The translations under genes were made by a program, and so were the position numbers. Positions 12,875 to 24,674 of a stretch of DNA of 64,000 nt are shown here, piece after piece. Within the stretch, counting starts at the first letter, position 1; each line of letters begins with the position of its first letter. Origin of the DNA: Vitrella brassicaformis CCMP3155 (lineage: Eukaryota; Protista; Chromerida); NCBI GenBank assembly GCA_001179505.1, contig CDMY01001036.1, positions 124,001 to 188,000 on the forward strand, in the 5' to 3' direction. The notes under the pieces are model-generated. The model worked only from the letters and a program-made list of their open reading frames with translations. It was not told the origin of the DNA and searched no databases.

Positions 12875-13391
12875 CCCCCCCCCCCCACCCCCCTGTCTAC
12901 ACAGAAACAAAGAGGTAGGTAAGTGGAGTGTAGTAGAGCAAGTCGTACGTGTGGATTGATGGATTGATCGGTCGATCGGTCCATCGGTCGGTCTGGCTGG
13001 CTGGCTGTCCACTGAGTCTAAACTCCTCTCTCCCTCTCTCCCTCCCTCTCGCCACACGCACCGCGCCATTCTTGGTTGAACGAGGCGGGCCGTCGGTGTT
13101 GCTTTCTCCTTTCTCTCTCTCTGGCTGAGATACGGACGGACGTTTAGCTAATGAATGAGTCAGTCCCCCGGCCAGCCATGACACCATGACACCCAATCAA
13201 TCACACTCATCCGTCCATCCGTCCACTCGTATATCCATGCAGCATACGTGTGGAAGCTAAGCTAAGCCATCCAGTAAGAGAGTCGACAGACAAGAGAGTC
13301 ATGAGTAGGGAGTATGCAGTATGGACCCTCCCCCTCCCCTCCCCCCTCCCTGTCAGTCTGTCGGTCAGTCTGTCTGTCGATAGGTGAGAAG

Positions 13392-16300
13392 TCACTGGTG
13401 GGTGTTGCACGGGATGCTGGGCACATCTATTTGAGGAGTATCTTGGGCCTGCACAAAGGCAGACAGACAGACAGACAGGCATGCAGTCGCCTTCTTCAGC
13501 GGTGTGCATGTGTGCGTGTGTGGAGAGGAGCTGAATGACACTCACGTAGGATGTAGTATTCTGGTACGGTATGTGTGTCGTCATTCACCAGTCGGCCTCC
13601 TCCTCACCTGATCAACCACACACACACACACACACAGAGAGAGAGAGGAACAGCCACGCTCTCATGCCTGTCTGTCCGCCTGTCCATCTGTCTGTGAGCA
13701 TGTGTGTGGTACCCCGGTTGGATGGTGTGTGTTGCACGCGGGGTGGCGGAGCACGGCTCGAAGCAGGGGCAGCACCGTAGCGGTCGTCGTAGCCTCCCTG
13801 CTCGCGGGGCGGGCGGCGATCCTCCTCAAACTCCTGACCGATTCATTGATGGGGGACACACACAGACATACACACGTTGATCCGGATCCACATGTTCACA
13901 CCGTCCCCGGCCGCCCCATCGACTCACTAGGTTGTTGCGGTTCTGTCGGGGCGGTGCAGCGCCGCCGCGGCGCTCCTCACGGTCACGATAGTCCCGAGGG
14001 CGCATGACGTCTGGGGGGCACACACGAGACAGACGACACATACACATACAGCACACCCACACCGCCCATGTGTCTTATGCCTGTGTCTGTGTGTGCCATT
14101 GCTGACCCTGTCCAGCGCCCATGCCAGGAACCACAGCAGGGCCGTTGTCACGGAAGGCTCGCATGTTGCCGCCGCCGTAGCCCCCACCCCCGCCACCGCC
14201 ACCACCCCCGCCACGCCCGCCACGGCCGCTGTCACGGTCATAGTCGTCCTCACGGCCACGACGCTCGTTGCCCCGCTCCACACCATCTAGGACAACACGG
14301 AACACTGAAAGTGGTGGCAATGTCGGCTCGCTGTCTGCCCTGCCTTTGTGTGTGTGGTGGTGGGGGTGCTTACGCCGTCCGCCGTATTGGTCGCGGTGGT
14401 CACGGTTGTAGTCACGGTTGTAGTCACGGTCACGGTCCTGACGCACACCGACACACACGCACAGACACGCACAGATAGTTCTGCATGTCGAGAGAGAGGC
14501 ATCCTCCATCTGCCGCACGTCGTTGTATTGGTGGTAGTTGTTGCGCCCCCCTGTTCGCTCGACGTCCTCCTCGCGGGGCGCGTAGTAGTTGTTGTTGTTG
14601 CGCCCCCCACCGTCACGACGGCCGCCACCCCCACCGCCACCACCACCTCCACGACGGTCACGCGTGTCGTACTCATCCTCATACGCTGAGAGAGTTGATG
14701 AAGAAAGGAATGCCATCCACACGCAATCATCCGCCGCTCCATGTGTGTGAGAGGGCATCCATCTCTCTCTGTGTGTTCCATCCACTTACTGTCTCGGCCT
14801 CGATCGCGGTCGCGGTTGTCTCGCTGCTGTCGTCGGCTGTCTCGGGGCGCGCTGTCGAAGCCGGGGGGCGTGGCGGGTGGCGGGGCGGCTGAAGGTAGGG
14901 TCCGCTGCAAGAGCTGCTGCATCTGCTGGTGCATCTCGGCCTGCATCTGGGCCTGCTGCTGCTGCAACCGCTGCAGCTCCTCCTGGTGCTTGCGGTTGTT
15001 CTCGGCCAGCTCCTCGCGGTGCTTGGCGTCCTTGGCCTCGTTCTGCTGCTGTATGTACTCCATCATCGCTGACGTCAGACGATGGGTGAGAGGGGGAGGG
15101 GGGAGGGAGGGAGGGGCGCGCACACACACAGACACACAGACACACACACACATGGACAGATGGAGAGATGGCTGTGTTGCGGGGGAAGTGTGTGTGTGTG
15201 TGTGTGCGCGCACCCTTGAAGTCGGCAGCCTGTGGCTGGGGGCTGACGCCTGATGGAATGGAATGGAGCGATGGATGGATGGAGGGAGAGAGGGAGGAAG
15301 AGGCAACAAGACAACAGAAGATGGTACCCTGTCTCCCCTCTCTGTCGTGTGTGTGTTTGGTGGGGTGGGTCGTACCGTTGGTCGATGCAGACGCAGCAGC
15401 AGCAGCGCCACCGCCAGTGTTGGTGTTGCCGCCCCATCCTCCGCCCCCGCCAGACGCCTCGTTGCCCCAGCCGCCGCCAGACGGTGACGATGCCGCACCT
15501 GCGCCCCAGCCACCTCCACTAGTGTTGCCCCAACCACCGCCACCACCTCCTCCGCCACCGCCAATCGCTGCCTCCTCAGCTGAGGTGACAGAGGCAGTGT
15601 GTGTGTGAGGGGGGGTATGGTGGATGTGTGTATGNNNNNNNNNNNNNNNNNNNNNNNNNNNNNNNNNNNNNNNNNNNNNNNNNNNNNNNNNNNNNNNNNN
15701 NNNNNNNNNNNNNNNNNNNNNNNNNNNNNNNNNNNNNNNNNNNNNNNNNNNNNNNNNNNNNNNNNNNNNNNNNNNNNNNNNNNNNNNNNNNNNNNNNNNN
15801 NNNNNNNNNNNNNNNNNNNNNNNNNNNNNNNNNNNNNNNNNNNNNNNNNNNNNNNNNNNNNNNNNNNNNNNNNNNNNNNNNNNNNNNNNNNNNNNNNNNN
15901 NNNNNNNNNNNNNNNNNNNNNNNNNNNNNNNNNNGGCGGGTCCCAGGGGGGTAGTTTCTCTTGGTTCTTGATCATCTCGAGCAGCTCCACCATGTGGTCG
16001 ACCGCCTCCTTCGGCCCTGCCATGTGCACATAACATGCAGGCCATCGACACGCACAAGGCGTTGGTTTGTGCAGATTGCTTTGTCTCTCTCTCTCTCTGT
16101 GTCTCTCTCTCTGTCTGTGTGTGTGTGTGTGTGGTGACCTTTGATGTTGACGAGGTCGCTGCCCGTGTCTCTATCTGGAAACTCTATCTGGATGACATCT
16201 GCCCGACGCACAGCCCAGCCCAGCACAGCCCGGCGCAACATGTCCTCCCACCAACAAACCGTCTGTCTGTGTGTGTGGTGTGTCTGTACCATCTCCACCG

Positions 16301-19300
16301 CATCGCTGGCGCAGCTCCTTGACCATCTGACCTCCCTTGCCGATGTACCGACCAGCAGCCTCCTGCACCAGACACACGAAGACACACACATACCCCTGTG
16401 TGTCGGTGTGTCTGTCTGTCTGGCTGGCTGTGGGCGTGTGTGTAGTCGTGTGGGAGTGTGTGTCTTTGTGTCTTACGGATGACTCCAGTTGGAATGTGGT
16501 CTCTGTCTCAGGTCCGCCAAATCGGGGTGCGCCGCCCCCTGCTGCTGCAGCTGCACTAGAGCTACTGCCGCCCCAACCACCGCCGCCAAAGCCACCTGAC
16601 GACACGCACACACACACACACATACACACACACATACACACGGCCATGTGTGTCGCCCGTGTGTGTGAGGGATTGTGGTGCGAACGGACCGGAGGGCTGC
16701 TCGGGCTCGTCTGGGAGTTTCTGGCCGTTCTTGATCATCTGCAGGTACTTGAGACACTGAGCCACGGCATCCTTCGGGCCTGCCAGCCACAGCACAGACA
16801 CAGACACACAAATGAGGGAGTGAGGGAGACGGAGGGAGAGGGAGGTGGCTTGGTCAACCGCTGGCTGACGCACCGGCAACTTTGACGCCTGTGTCGCCGG
16901 TGCCCCTCTTGGGCGTGTCGATACGGACCTCTGCACACACACAGACACGCGCACGACACACGACACAATGTGTGTGTAATGGTTGGTTAGGCAGGTGTGA
17001 AGGTGTGCGCGTTGGCAGGTGTGCAGGCAGGCAGGTATGTACCTACCTCCGAGTGGTTGGCAGAGGTCCTTGAGTTGGTTGATGACGCAGCCGCCATTGC
17101 CAACGTACTTGCCGGTCTCGCCCTCAGACGTCATCTGGAACACCTCCTCGACCTTACCATCGCCGCCGCCCTCTAAACCCACACACACACAGAGGGAGGG
17201 AAGAAGAGAGAGAGGAAGGGGGATGGATGGATGTGTGTGTGTGTGTGTGTGTTTCAGTTGCTCTGCTCACCTTCTGTTTCGATGCGGCCGCCCGCTTTGA
17301 TCTTCTCGCAGAGCACCATGGCCCTGTCGATGGCCGCACGTATACCTGCACACACGTAAGAACACACATACGCACATCGACAGAGTGCGGGCCTCGTTGG
17401 CCTGGCCTGGCCTGTGCCGTGGTCGCACCGCTGATCCTGATGACGCCCGGGTGTTCGTCGTCGCTGATGTTGATGCGGGCTGATGGACAACCAAAGATGG
17501 AGAGGTGTGTGGGTGTGGGTGTGGTTGGCTGGTGTGTGTGGTGTGGTGTGTGCAATAGTCACCTCCTGACTGCTGCTCGATGGCCTTGCGGATGAGGCCG
17601 CCCTTGCCGATGTACTTCCGGGCGTCGCTCGTGTCCTCCTGACACCCATCAAACATACACACACACACACACACTCAGATGAGGGAGGCGTTGAGTTGCA
17701 TAGTGTTGCGCTTGTTGTGGTGGTGACATTGGGCCCCCATCCCTCCCTCCCTCCTCTCTCCCTTCTCTCTGTTGCTCACTCACGGTGTCGTTCATGAAGA
17801 AGTCCTCGGTGAGTTCGTCCTCCTTACGATAGCCCTCCTTGTGACACCGGAAGAACGCGTCGAACTTCTGCACACGAACATATGGAGAGGAGAGAGGAGA
17901 GAGAGCCTGAGTGTGTGTGTGTGTGTGTGACAGGCAAGCAGCGTACGGGCGGCTGCTTGGGCGGCGCCCTGCCCTCGAGCTTCTCACGGTCCACCAACCT
18001 CGCCCCACTGCACACACACACACACACACACAAGGCGCACAAGACACACACGATCCATCTCAGAGAGCGCGTGCATGTGTTGGAGGTCTCTCTCTCTCTC
18101 TCTGTGGTGGCCGACTCACTCGAACTTATCGGTTCCGTCGAAATCAAAGTCCCCGCCGTTGATGACTGTCTCGAGCTCAGGCGGCACCTGCTGCTGGGCG
18201 TTCTCCATCACCTAACCACACACACGCACACACACACACACAACACCAGCCATTTACCCACCTGCACATCTGTTTGTTTGTTTGGGTGCCTGCCCACCCC
18301 ACCTCCTTGATTCTTGCTGGCAGGTCAGGGTGGATTTCGTAGTCCTTCTCCGAGAACAGCGCCCAGGAGGAGCCCTTCCTGCCGGCCCGTCCGGTGCGTC
18401 CGATACGGTGGATGTAGTCTCGGATGTTGTCGGGGAAGTCGAACACTATCACGTCACGCAGGTACTCGACGTCGATACCGCGGCTGGCCACGTCAGTCGC
18501 TGCACATGCACATGGACACACACACCACACACCACACACACCATGTGTGACGCTGAGAGGGTTGTGGGGAGGGAGAGGGGGTGGGGTGCAGACATCCGTT
18601 GCGTACCGACGAGGATGCGTTTGCGGAAGGTCTTGAACTGGCGCATGGCGGCGTTGCGGTCAGGCTGGTCCTTGCCGCCGTGGATGACGGTGCTCTGGTA
18701 GCCTGTGCACGTCAGCTGCTCGTTCAACTCGTCAGCCGCTGCACATAGACACACACACACACCGGGGAAGAGAGGGATGGCGCTGGTCGTTGTGGTGTGC
18801 GCGTGTGCGTGTGTGCGTGTGTGCGTCGTGGTGCTTTTGTGTGTTGTGTGTGTACCGTACCTCTCTTTGAGTTGGTGAAGATGAGGATGAGGTCGTTGTT
18901 TTTGCGTTCGCCGTCCATGTGCAGGAAATGCAGGATGCCCGAGAGGATGCGCTTCTTGAGCTTCCGCTGGTGGTGGGTGGGTGGGTTGGTAGGTTCGGTG
19001 GGGACACACAACACACAACACACAGACACAACACACAACACACAACACATGGGAGGGAGGAGTGTGCGCCACACACAACACATGGGAGGGAGGAGTGTGC
19101 GTGTGTGTTGTGCGTGTTTGTGTGTCCGGCCGGACGGACGTTGCAGAGGACGACGTTCTGCTCGATGTCGGGGCAGGCACGCAACTCCTTCTCACCTTCA
19201 CACACACACCACACACACACACGCACACACACCTTTGACTTTTGCAATGGAGTCGTCTCTCTCTCTCTCTCTCTCTGTCTGCGCGTGTGGGTACACACAC

Positions 19301-22300
19301 ACATACATACGTACCGCACTGAATCCGAATTGGGTCCGTCACGCAAAACTCGCGAGCCAAAGCACGGACCTGGAGGACACACACACATCGACACACACAC
19401 ATGGCAGACAGACAGACAGACAGACAGACGGACAGGTGCGCATGAGAGGTCCTGTGGGGGCGTGTCAGTGAGCGGGCCCTCGCTGACCTCAGAGGGCCAC
19501 GTGGCCGACCACATGAGCATCTGCCGGTCGTGGCGAGTGGCGCGGATGATCTGCACACACACACACACACACACACAGACCACACGAGATGAGATTAGAT
19601 GAGGTGAGGCTGTCCCTGTTTGCCTGCCATCCTGCCTGAGCTGGTTGGTCACCTGTCCGATCTGTCGCTCGAATCCTCCCTGGCACAGCCGGTCGGCCTC
19701 GTCCAGGACGATGAACGTCGTACGGTTGAAACGCACCTTCCCCTTCTGCACACACACAGACACAACACAGACACCACACACACCACACACCGTGTACCAG
19801 AGAGAATGAAGGCCCATGTGGGTGGTGTGCGGGCGTCCATCCATCCGTCCGTACCACGAGCAGGTCCATGATGCGGCCGGCGGTGGCGATGCAGATCTCC
19901 TTGGGCGGCGAGAAGAGGTCGAACGACATGGAGCGGTCGCCGCCGATGCACTTGACGGCGCGCAGGCCGCTGTGAAGGAACTTCTGGCACTCCTCGTAGA
20001 TCTGCTGCGACAACTCACTGCAGCGCACACAACACATCAACACATCCATCCTCCGTGCACTGGGGTGGGAGTGGTGGTGTGTGTGAGAGGTGAGAGTGCA
20101 CTGACCCACCCACCGTGTGGGCGAGAGAATGAGCGCGATGGGCCCGTCGCCTTGCTTGAGCTCCGGCTGGGCTATGCAGTGCGCCATGCACGGCAGAAGG
20201 TACGCCAACGTCTTGCCAGAACCTGCCACACACACACACACACACGAGACACGAGACACGAGCACAGCAACACCGTTCACTCAACCAGCACCGCTACCTC
20301 TATGTGTCTGTGTCTGTGTGTGTGTGTGCGTACCAGTCTGTGCGATGCCGACCATGTCGCGGCCGCCGAGTGCGACGGGCCACCCCTGCATCTGAATGGG
20401 CCGCGGTTGGCCCCAGCCACGGTCCTCTACGATCTGTGTGATCTTGACTGCACAAAACACAACAGATCACATCACATCACACACATGACACTGTGTGGTT
20501 TGTGTCTTGTGGTTGGTGGTGGTTCTGAGTGACGTGACAGGTAGGCACCACCCTACCGTTGAAGCCTGCCTCTTGGAAGGTCCGAACGGGCCTGGGGCAG
20601 GGCTGGCCCTTCACATCCAAAATGACAATGTGCCTGTGTGTGAACAGGTAGACGGACGGGGTGATGAGATGAAGGGGTGTGTGTGGTGTGTTGGGTGTGT
20701 TGCTCACTCACTCGTCATTGCGTAGTTTGGTGACGTCCTGGTCCGTCATGGCGCTGACATCGGGATGCACCTGAGGAGGGAGAGGACACACACACACACA
20801 CACGCATGCGGAGAAGGAAGAGGCATACACACATGGACGCAATGAAACCTCTCTGTCTGACTGTCTGTCTGTCTGTCTGTGCGTAGACGTGTGTGTGTGT
20901 GTGTGTGTGTGAGGTGAGCCTACTTTGTAGAAGTCCTTGACGAATTTGTTGGAGTCCTGCCAGCCCTGGATCTTCTCGGGCGTGCAGCCCGCCAACATCT
21001 GACACACACACACAGACACACGAGGTTCACATCACACCACACCACACATGGATCATGACACACACCGATTGGTTTACCTTGTCAAACTGCTCCTCCATGT
21101 CGTCCCAGTTGAAAGAATCCTGAACACACACACAGACACACACACACATGGACGATGGATGGACACAGCACCGCCCGCCACAGATACCCCGCCCCCTCCC
21201 TCTATATATCTTCCTTAACACGCCTACGTTCTTGGCCTCGCCACCGCCCTCCTCGGCCCCACTGGCAGCCTCACCGCCCCATCCCCCACCGCCACCACTA
21301 GGAGAGCTACCGCCGCCCCAACCTCCTCCTCCACCCCCTCCGCCAGATCCCCATCCCCCACCGCCCCCACCACCAGACGAGTTGCCCCCTGCGCCCCATC
21401 CGCCGCTCGACGACGAGGCCGCAGCTGCCGCAGCCGCCCCCGCACCTCCAGCCGACGAAGAGCCCCAACCGTCGCCCCCACCGCCCGATGCTGGTTTGGG
21501 CTGAGGTTTGGAAGCGGGTTTGCTGGGGCCGCCGCCACCGCCTCCCCCCCACTCGTCCTCCTCGTCCTCATCCTCTGGCTGTGGCTGTGCGATGGAGGGG
21601 GTGGGCATGGGTGGCTTCTGTGTCTGTGAGGGTGCGGGTGCAGCGGGCTTCTTGGTCTGAGTGGCGGATGAATTGCCCCAGTCGTCCTCCTCGTCACTGT
21701 CATGATTGGCAGGTGCAGGTGCAGGTGCAGGTGCGCGTGCGGGGGCCGGAGCAGGCGCAGCGGCCTTGGCGACCGTCGGGGGTGCCTTGAGAGCCTGAAT
21801 GAATGAATGAACCAGCCAACCAACACCGTCTCAATATGTATGTGATATGATTGATGTGTGGTGTGGTTTGGTGTGGTCTCACCGCGGGAGCGCCGCTGCC
21901 CCAGTCGTCGTCATCGTCCTCAGTGGCCGGTGCCGGCTGCTCTGACGGCTGCTGCTGACGGGGCTGCTGCTGCTGCCGACCTCCAGCCGCAGACGGCTTC
22001 TGACCACACACACACACACACGCCACACACGCCACACAGCCAGCAACCAACACACGTGTCATCACACGGGTGCCCATCCCATCCCATCCGTCCGTCTGTC
22101 TGAGTGTGGTGCCCTGCCCACGTTGGCCGCCGGCTGTGTGTTGCCTGAGCCCCAGTCGTCGTCCGACTCATCGTCACCATTCTTGCTCATCATCACGATG
22201 ATCTCCTGCGGCTGGGAGGGCACGAACGGTGCGATCTTGGGCATCGGCACATCCTTGAGCGGCTCCTCCTTGGCAGTGGGGATGTGGATGTCGGTGTCCT

Positions 22301-24056
22301 TGGCAGTGCTGACCATGGCGACGGCGGGGGCGCCGCTGGACTTCTCGGGCGACTCGGGGTCGTTGACCACACTGGGGTCCTCTGCAACACTCGCGTCTGA
22401 TGCATACATAGCACAGCACATGCAGGGAAAGGGTTTGGTGAGGGGTGTGGTGTGGTGTGGTGTGGTGGGTTGAGAGTGTGGTGACCAGCGAGTCGCGTAC
22501 GTAACGTACCCGCGGCAGCAGGGGCCATCTTGGTGGCGTCTGTGTTGTCTTTGTCTTTGTCCTTGGCCTCCTCCTCAACACACACACTCTCAACGCTCTC
22601 AATGCTACCGGCTACTGAACCACACACACAGACATCCACAGAGCACAGAACGGCACAGCACAGCACAGCACATGAGTGACTGAGTGAGTGCCCCATCCGT
22701 CCCATCTCCTTCGTGTTGGCTGGCTGTGGGTGTTTCCTTGTTGTGTGTTACCTTTGTTGTCCTCATCCTGCTGCTGCTGCTGCTGCTCTGTGCGATTCTC
22801 CCCCTCCCCCTCCTCGCCCTTCTGACCCTCAGCCGCGCCCTCCTGACCACACACGCCCACACCCTCACCCTCTCCCTCACCCAATCCGTCAACTCCAACA
22901 CCAACACACACGTCAGGGGGCGACACGTGGTCACCGCCCTCGCCACATGCAACAGCCCCCTCCTCCCCCTCAGCCCCCTCCCCGCCCTTGGCCTCGTCCT
23001 TGGCCTCGCCCTTGGCCACGTCGTCAGCTGTGTGGCCCTTGTCGATGTGGTCATCGACCGTCTCTGCGCCCTGTGCGGCTTTCGTCACGACGGGCGAGGC
23101 GGGTGGGCTTGCGCTCTCGATGAACTGCTCGTGCTGCTTGGCCATGGCCTCCACGGTGCCCTCGGGGGGGCGTGAGGGGGGCTGGGGGGGTATGGTGCGC
23201 TCGAGGGCGTCATTGCTGTGGTCGGGTGTCTGGAACTCCTGCTGCTGCTGCTGCTGCTGCTGCTGTTGGTCGGCCTGCTGTCCTCCGCCGTCACCATCAG
23301 GTGTCGTGAACTCCTGATGGGGTTGGTTGCTGTCCTCTGGCTGGACGGCCGGTGACTCCTCCTCCAACACAGCGGCACCAGCTGCACACAGGCAGACACA
23401 CAGAGAGGGGGGGAGGACGGGAAACGTGTTGCAGAGGGTTGATATGGTGTTGTGTGATGGTGTAGTGGTGTGGAGGGGTGTGCGGCGGTGGTGGCGAGGC
23501 CTCTCTGACGTGTTGCTGACCCCAACGCGGTGGGGTGCGACCCCTCTGACCACGTGTGTGTGTGTGCGCTGGTCTACACCCCCTCCCCCTCCCTCCGCTC
23601 ACCGGGCTGCTCGTGTGGTTTGCTCTCGGTGTTGGGGTCCTTCTGCTGCTGGTCTTGGGTGCCGTCGTTGCCCTCTCCCTGCTGGTCTCCGTCGACGGCA
23701 CCGCCCTCCTGATGCTCGGTGGTGGTGATGTGGCCGTTCTCGGCTGTCGGCTGGTGTTGCTGCGCCTCAGGGGAGTCGCCACCGTCTTGACCGACAGGGG
23801 AGGGGTCTGCACACACGCGCACCACACCCCCCCACACGCAGAACACCATGCTGGACGCGAGACACGTGTGGCGTATGGTGCGGTGTGTGGAGGTGTGTTT
23901 TGGCTGTGTGGGGGTGTGCGGTGGTGTGTGGTGTCGGCGCTAGAGGGTGTGTGATGAGATGCCGGGCTGGCGTGGACGGGGGGAGGTGTCTTGGTGTGTG
24001 CCCTTGCCACCCGTGCCCGTCTCCATACCTTGCTCGCCGGATTCGTGGTCTGACAT
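13392..24056 (-). CDS. Giant DDX5/Dbp2-like DEAD-box RNA helicase: acidic N-terminal extension, WG/GW repeats, 3 C-terminal KH domains, coiled coil and RG/RD-rich tail (>35 exons; last exons below about 13.7 kb uncertain; spans a gap)
   Basis: Q motif [14 protein letters not shown]; I AQTGSGKT; Ia [19 protein letters not shown]; Ib TAGRIMD; II LDEAD; III SAT; [11 protein letters not shown]; [12 protein letters not shown]; post-core [12 protein letters not shown]. Phase-consistent splicing continues into KH1 (KYIGKGG), KH2 (KYVGNGG) and KH3 (RYIGKGG). Confidence 0.85.
15635..15934. other. Assembly gap (300 N) inside the DEAD-box/KH gene
   Basis: N run. Confidence 0.99.
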
Positions 24057-24436
24057 GGTGCGCAGCCTGTCGGGAAGGCCCTCGCCGTGACCGCCTAGCT
24101 CAGTGCTCCTCGGGAAACCTCAACACGTCGCCAACCTGGACAGACATGCGCACCAAACACACACATGCGCCAAATGCATGAGTTTCCCGGCGAGGATCTC
24201 CCCTCCTCGCCCTCGCACGTGCGCCCCTGACCCACTGCGTCTCTCCCTACACGCCTGGCTCCCCGAACGGATGGATCAGCAGAGCCCTGTCTGCGCGATG
24301 TGCGATGCACCCACCTGGCTTGGCCTGAGGAGGTGCGTGAGGGCTACCCGTCGCTAAGCCTAGGCAGCCTGGAGCACTGCGAGCACGGGAAAGGTCTGAG
24401 GTAGCGGTTTGAAACCTGCGAGCCTGCTCGGTCTTC

Positions 24437-24465
24437 AAACCCTACCCTTAACCCTATGAAACCCT
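24437..24465 (+). promoter_or_regulatory. Telomere-like (telo-box) cluster in the DEAD-box/RAP bidirectional intergenic region
   Basis: aaaccct-accctt-aaccct-atg-aaaccct; function inferred only. Confidence 0.35.
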
Positions 24466-24674
24466 TGTGCCCAGACCCCAACTTGTCAAAAAGCAGAGGA
24501 CGGGAATTGGCCTCATGCAGTGAAGATCTGCCTTGCGTGGAGCTCGTATCCGGGGGAAAAGGCGAATAACCGCCACATCCGCAAGCTCATCTCGCCTCGA
24601 GGAGTCCCGAAGTGATGATGAAGGCGTCTGTGTCGTCCCTCACGCGCTGTACAGCCCTTCGCCAGCACCTCACC

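Noticed and set aside
17677-17712. Alternative terminal exon ([11 protein letters not shown]) ending the helicase before the KH domains
   Set aside because: The acceptor context (caacaag) is atypical, while the downstream (TG)n..tcag acceptor is canonical and in phase with KH1. It is kept only as a test for the fusion.
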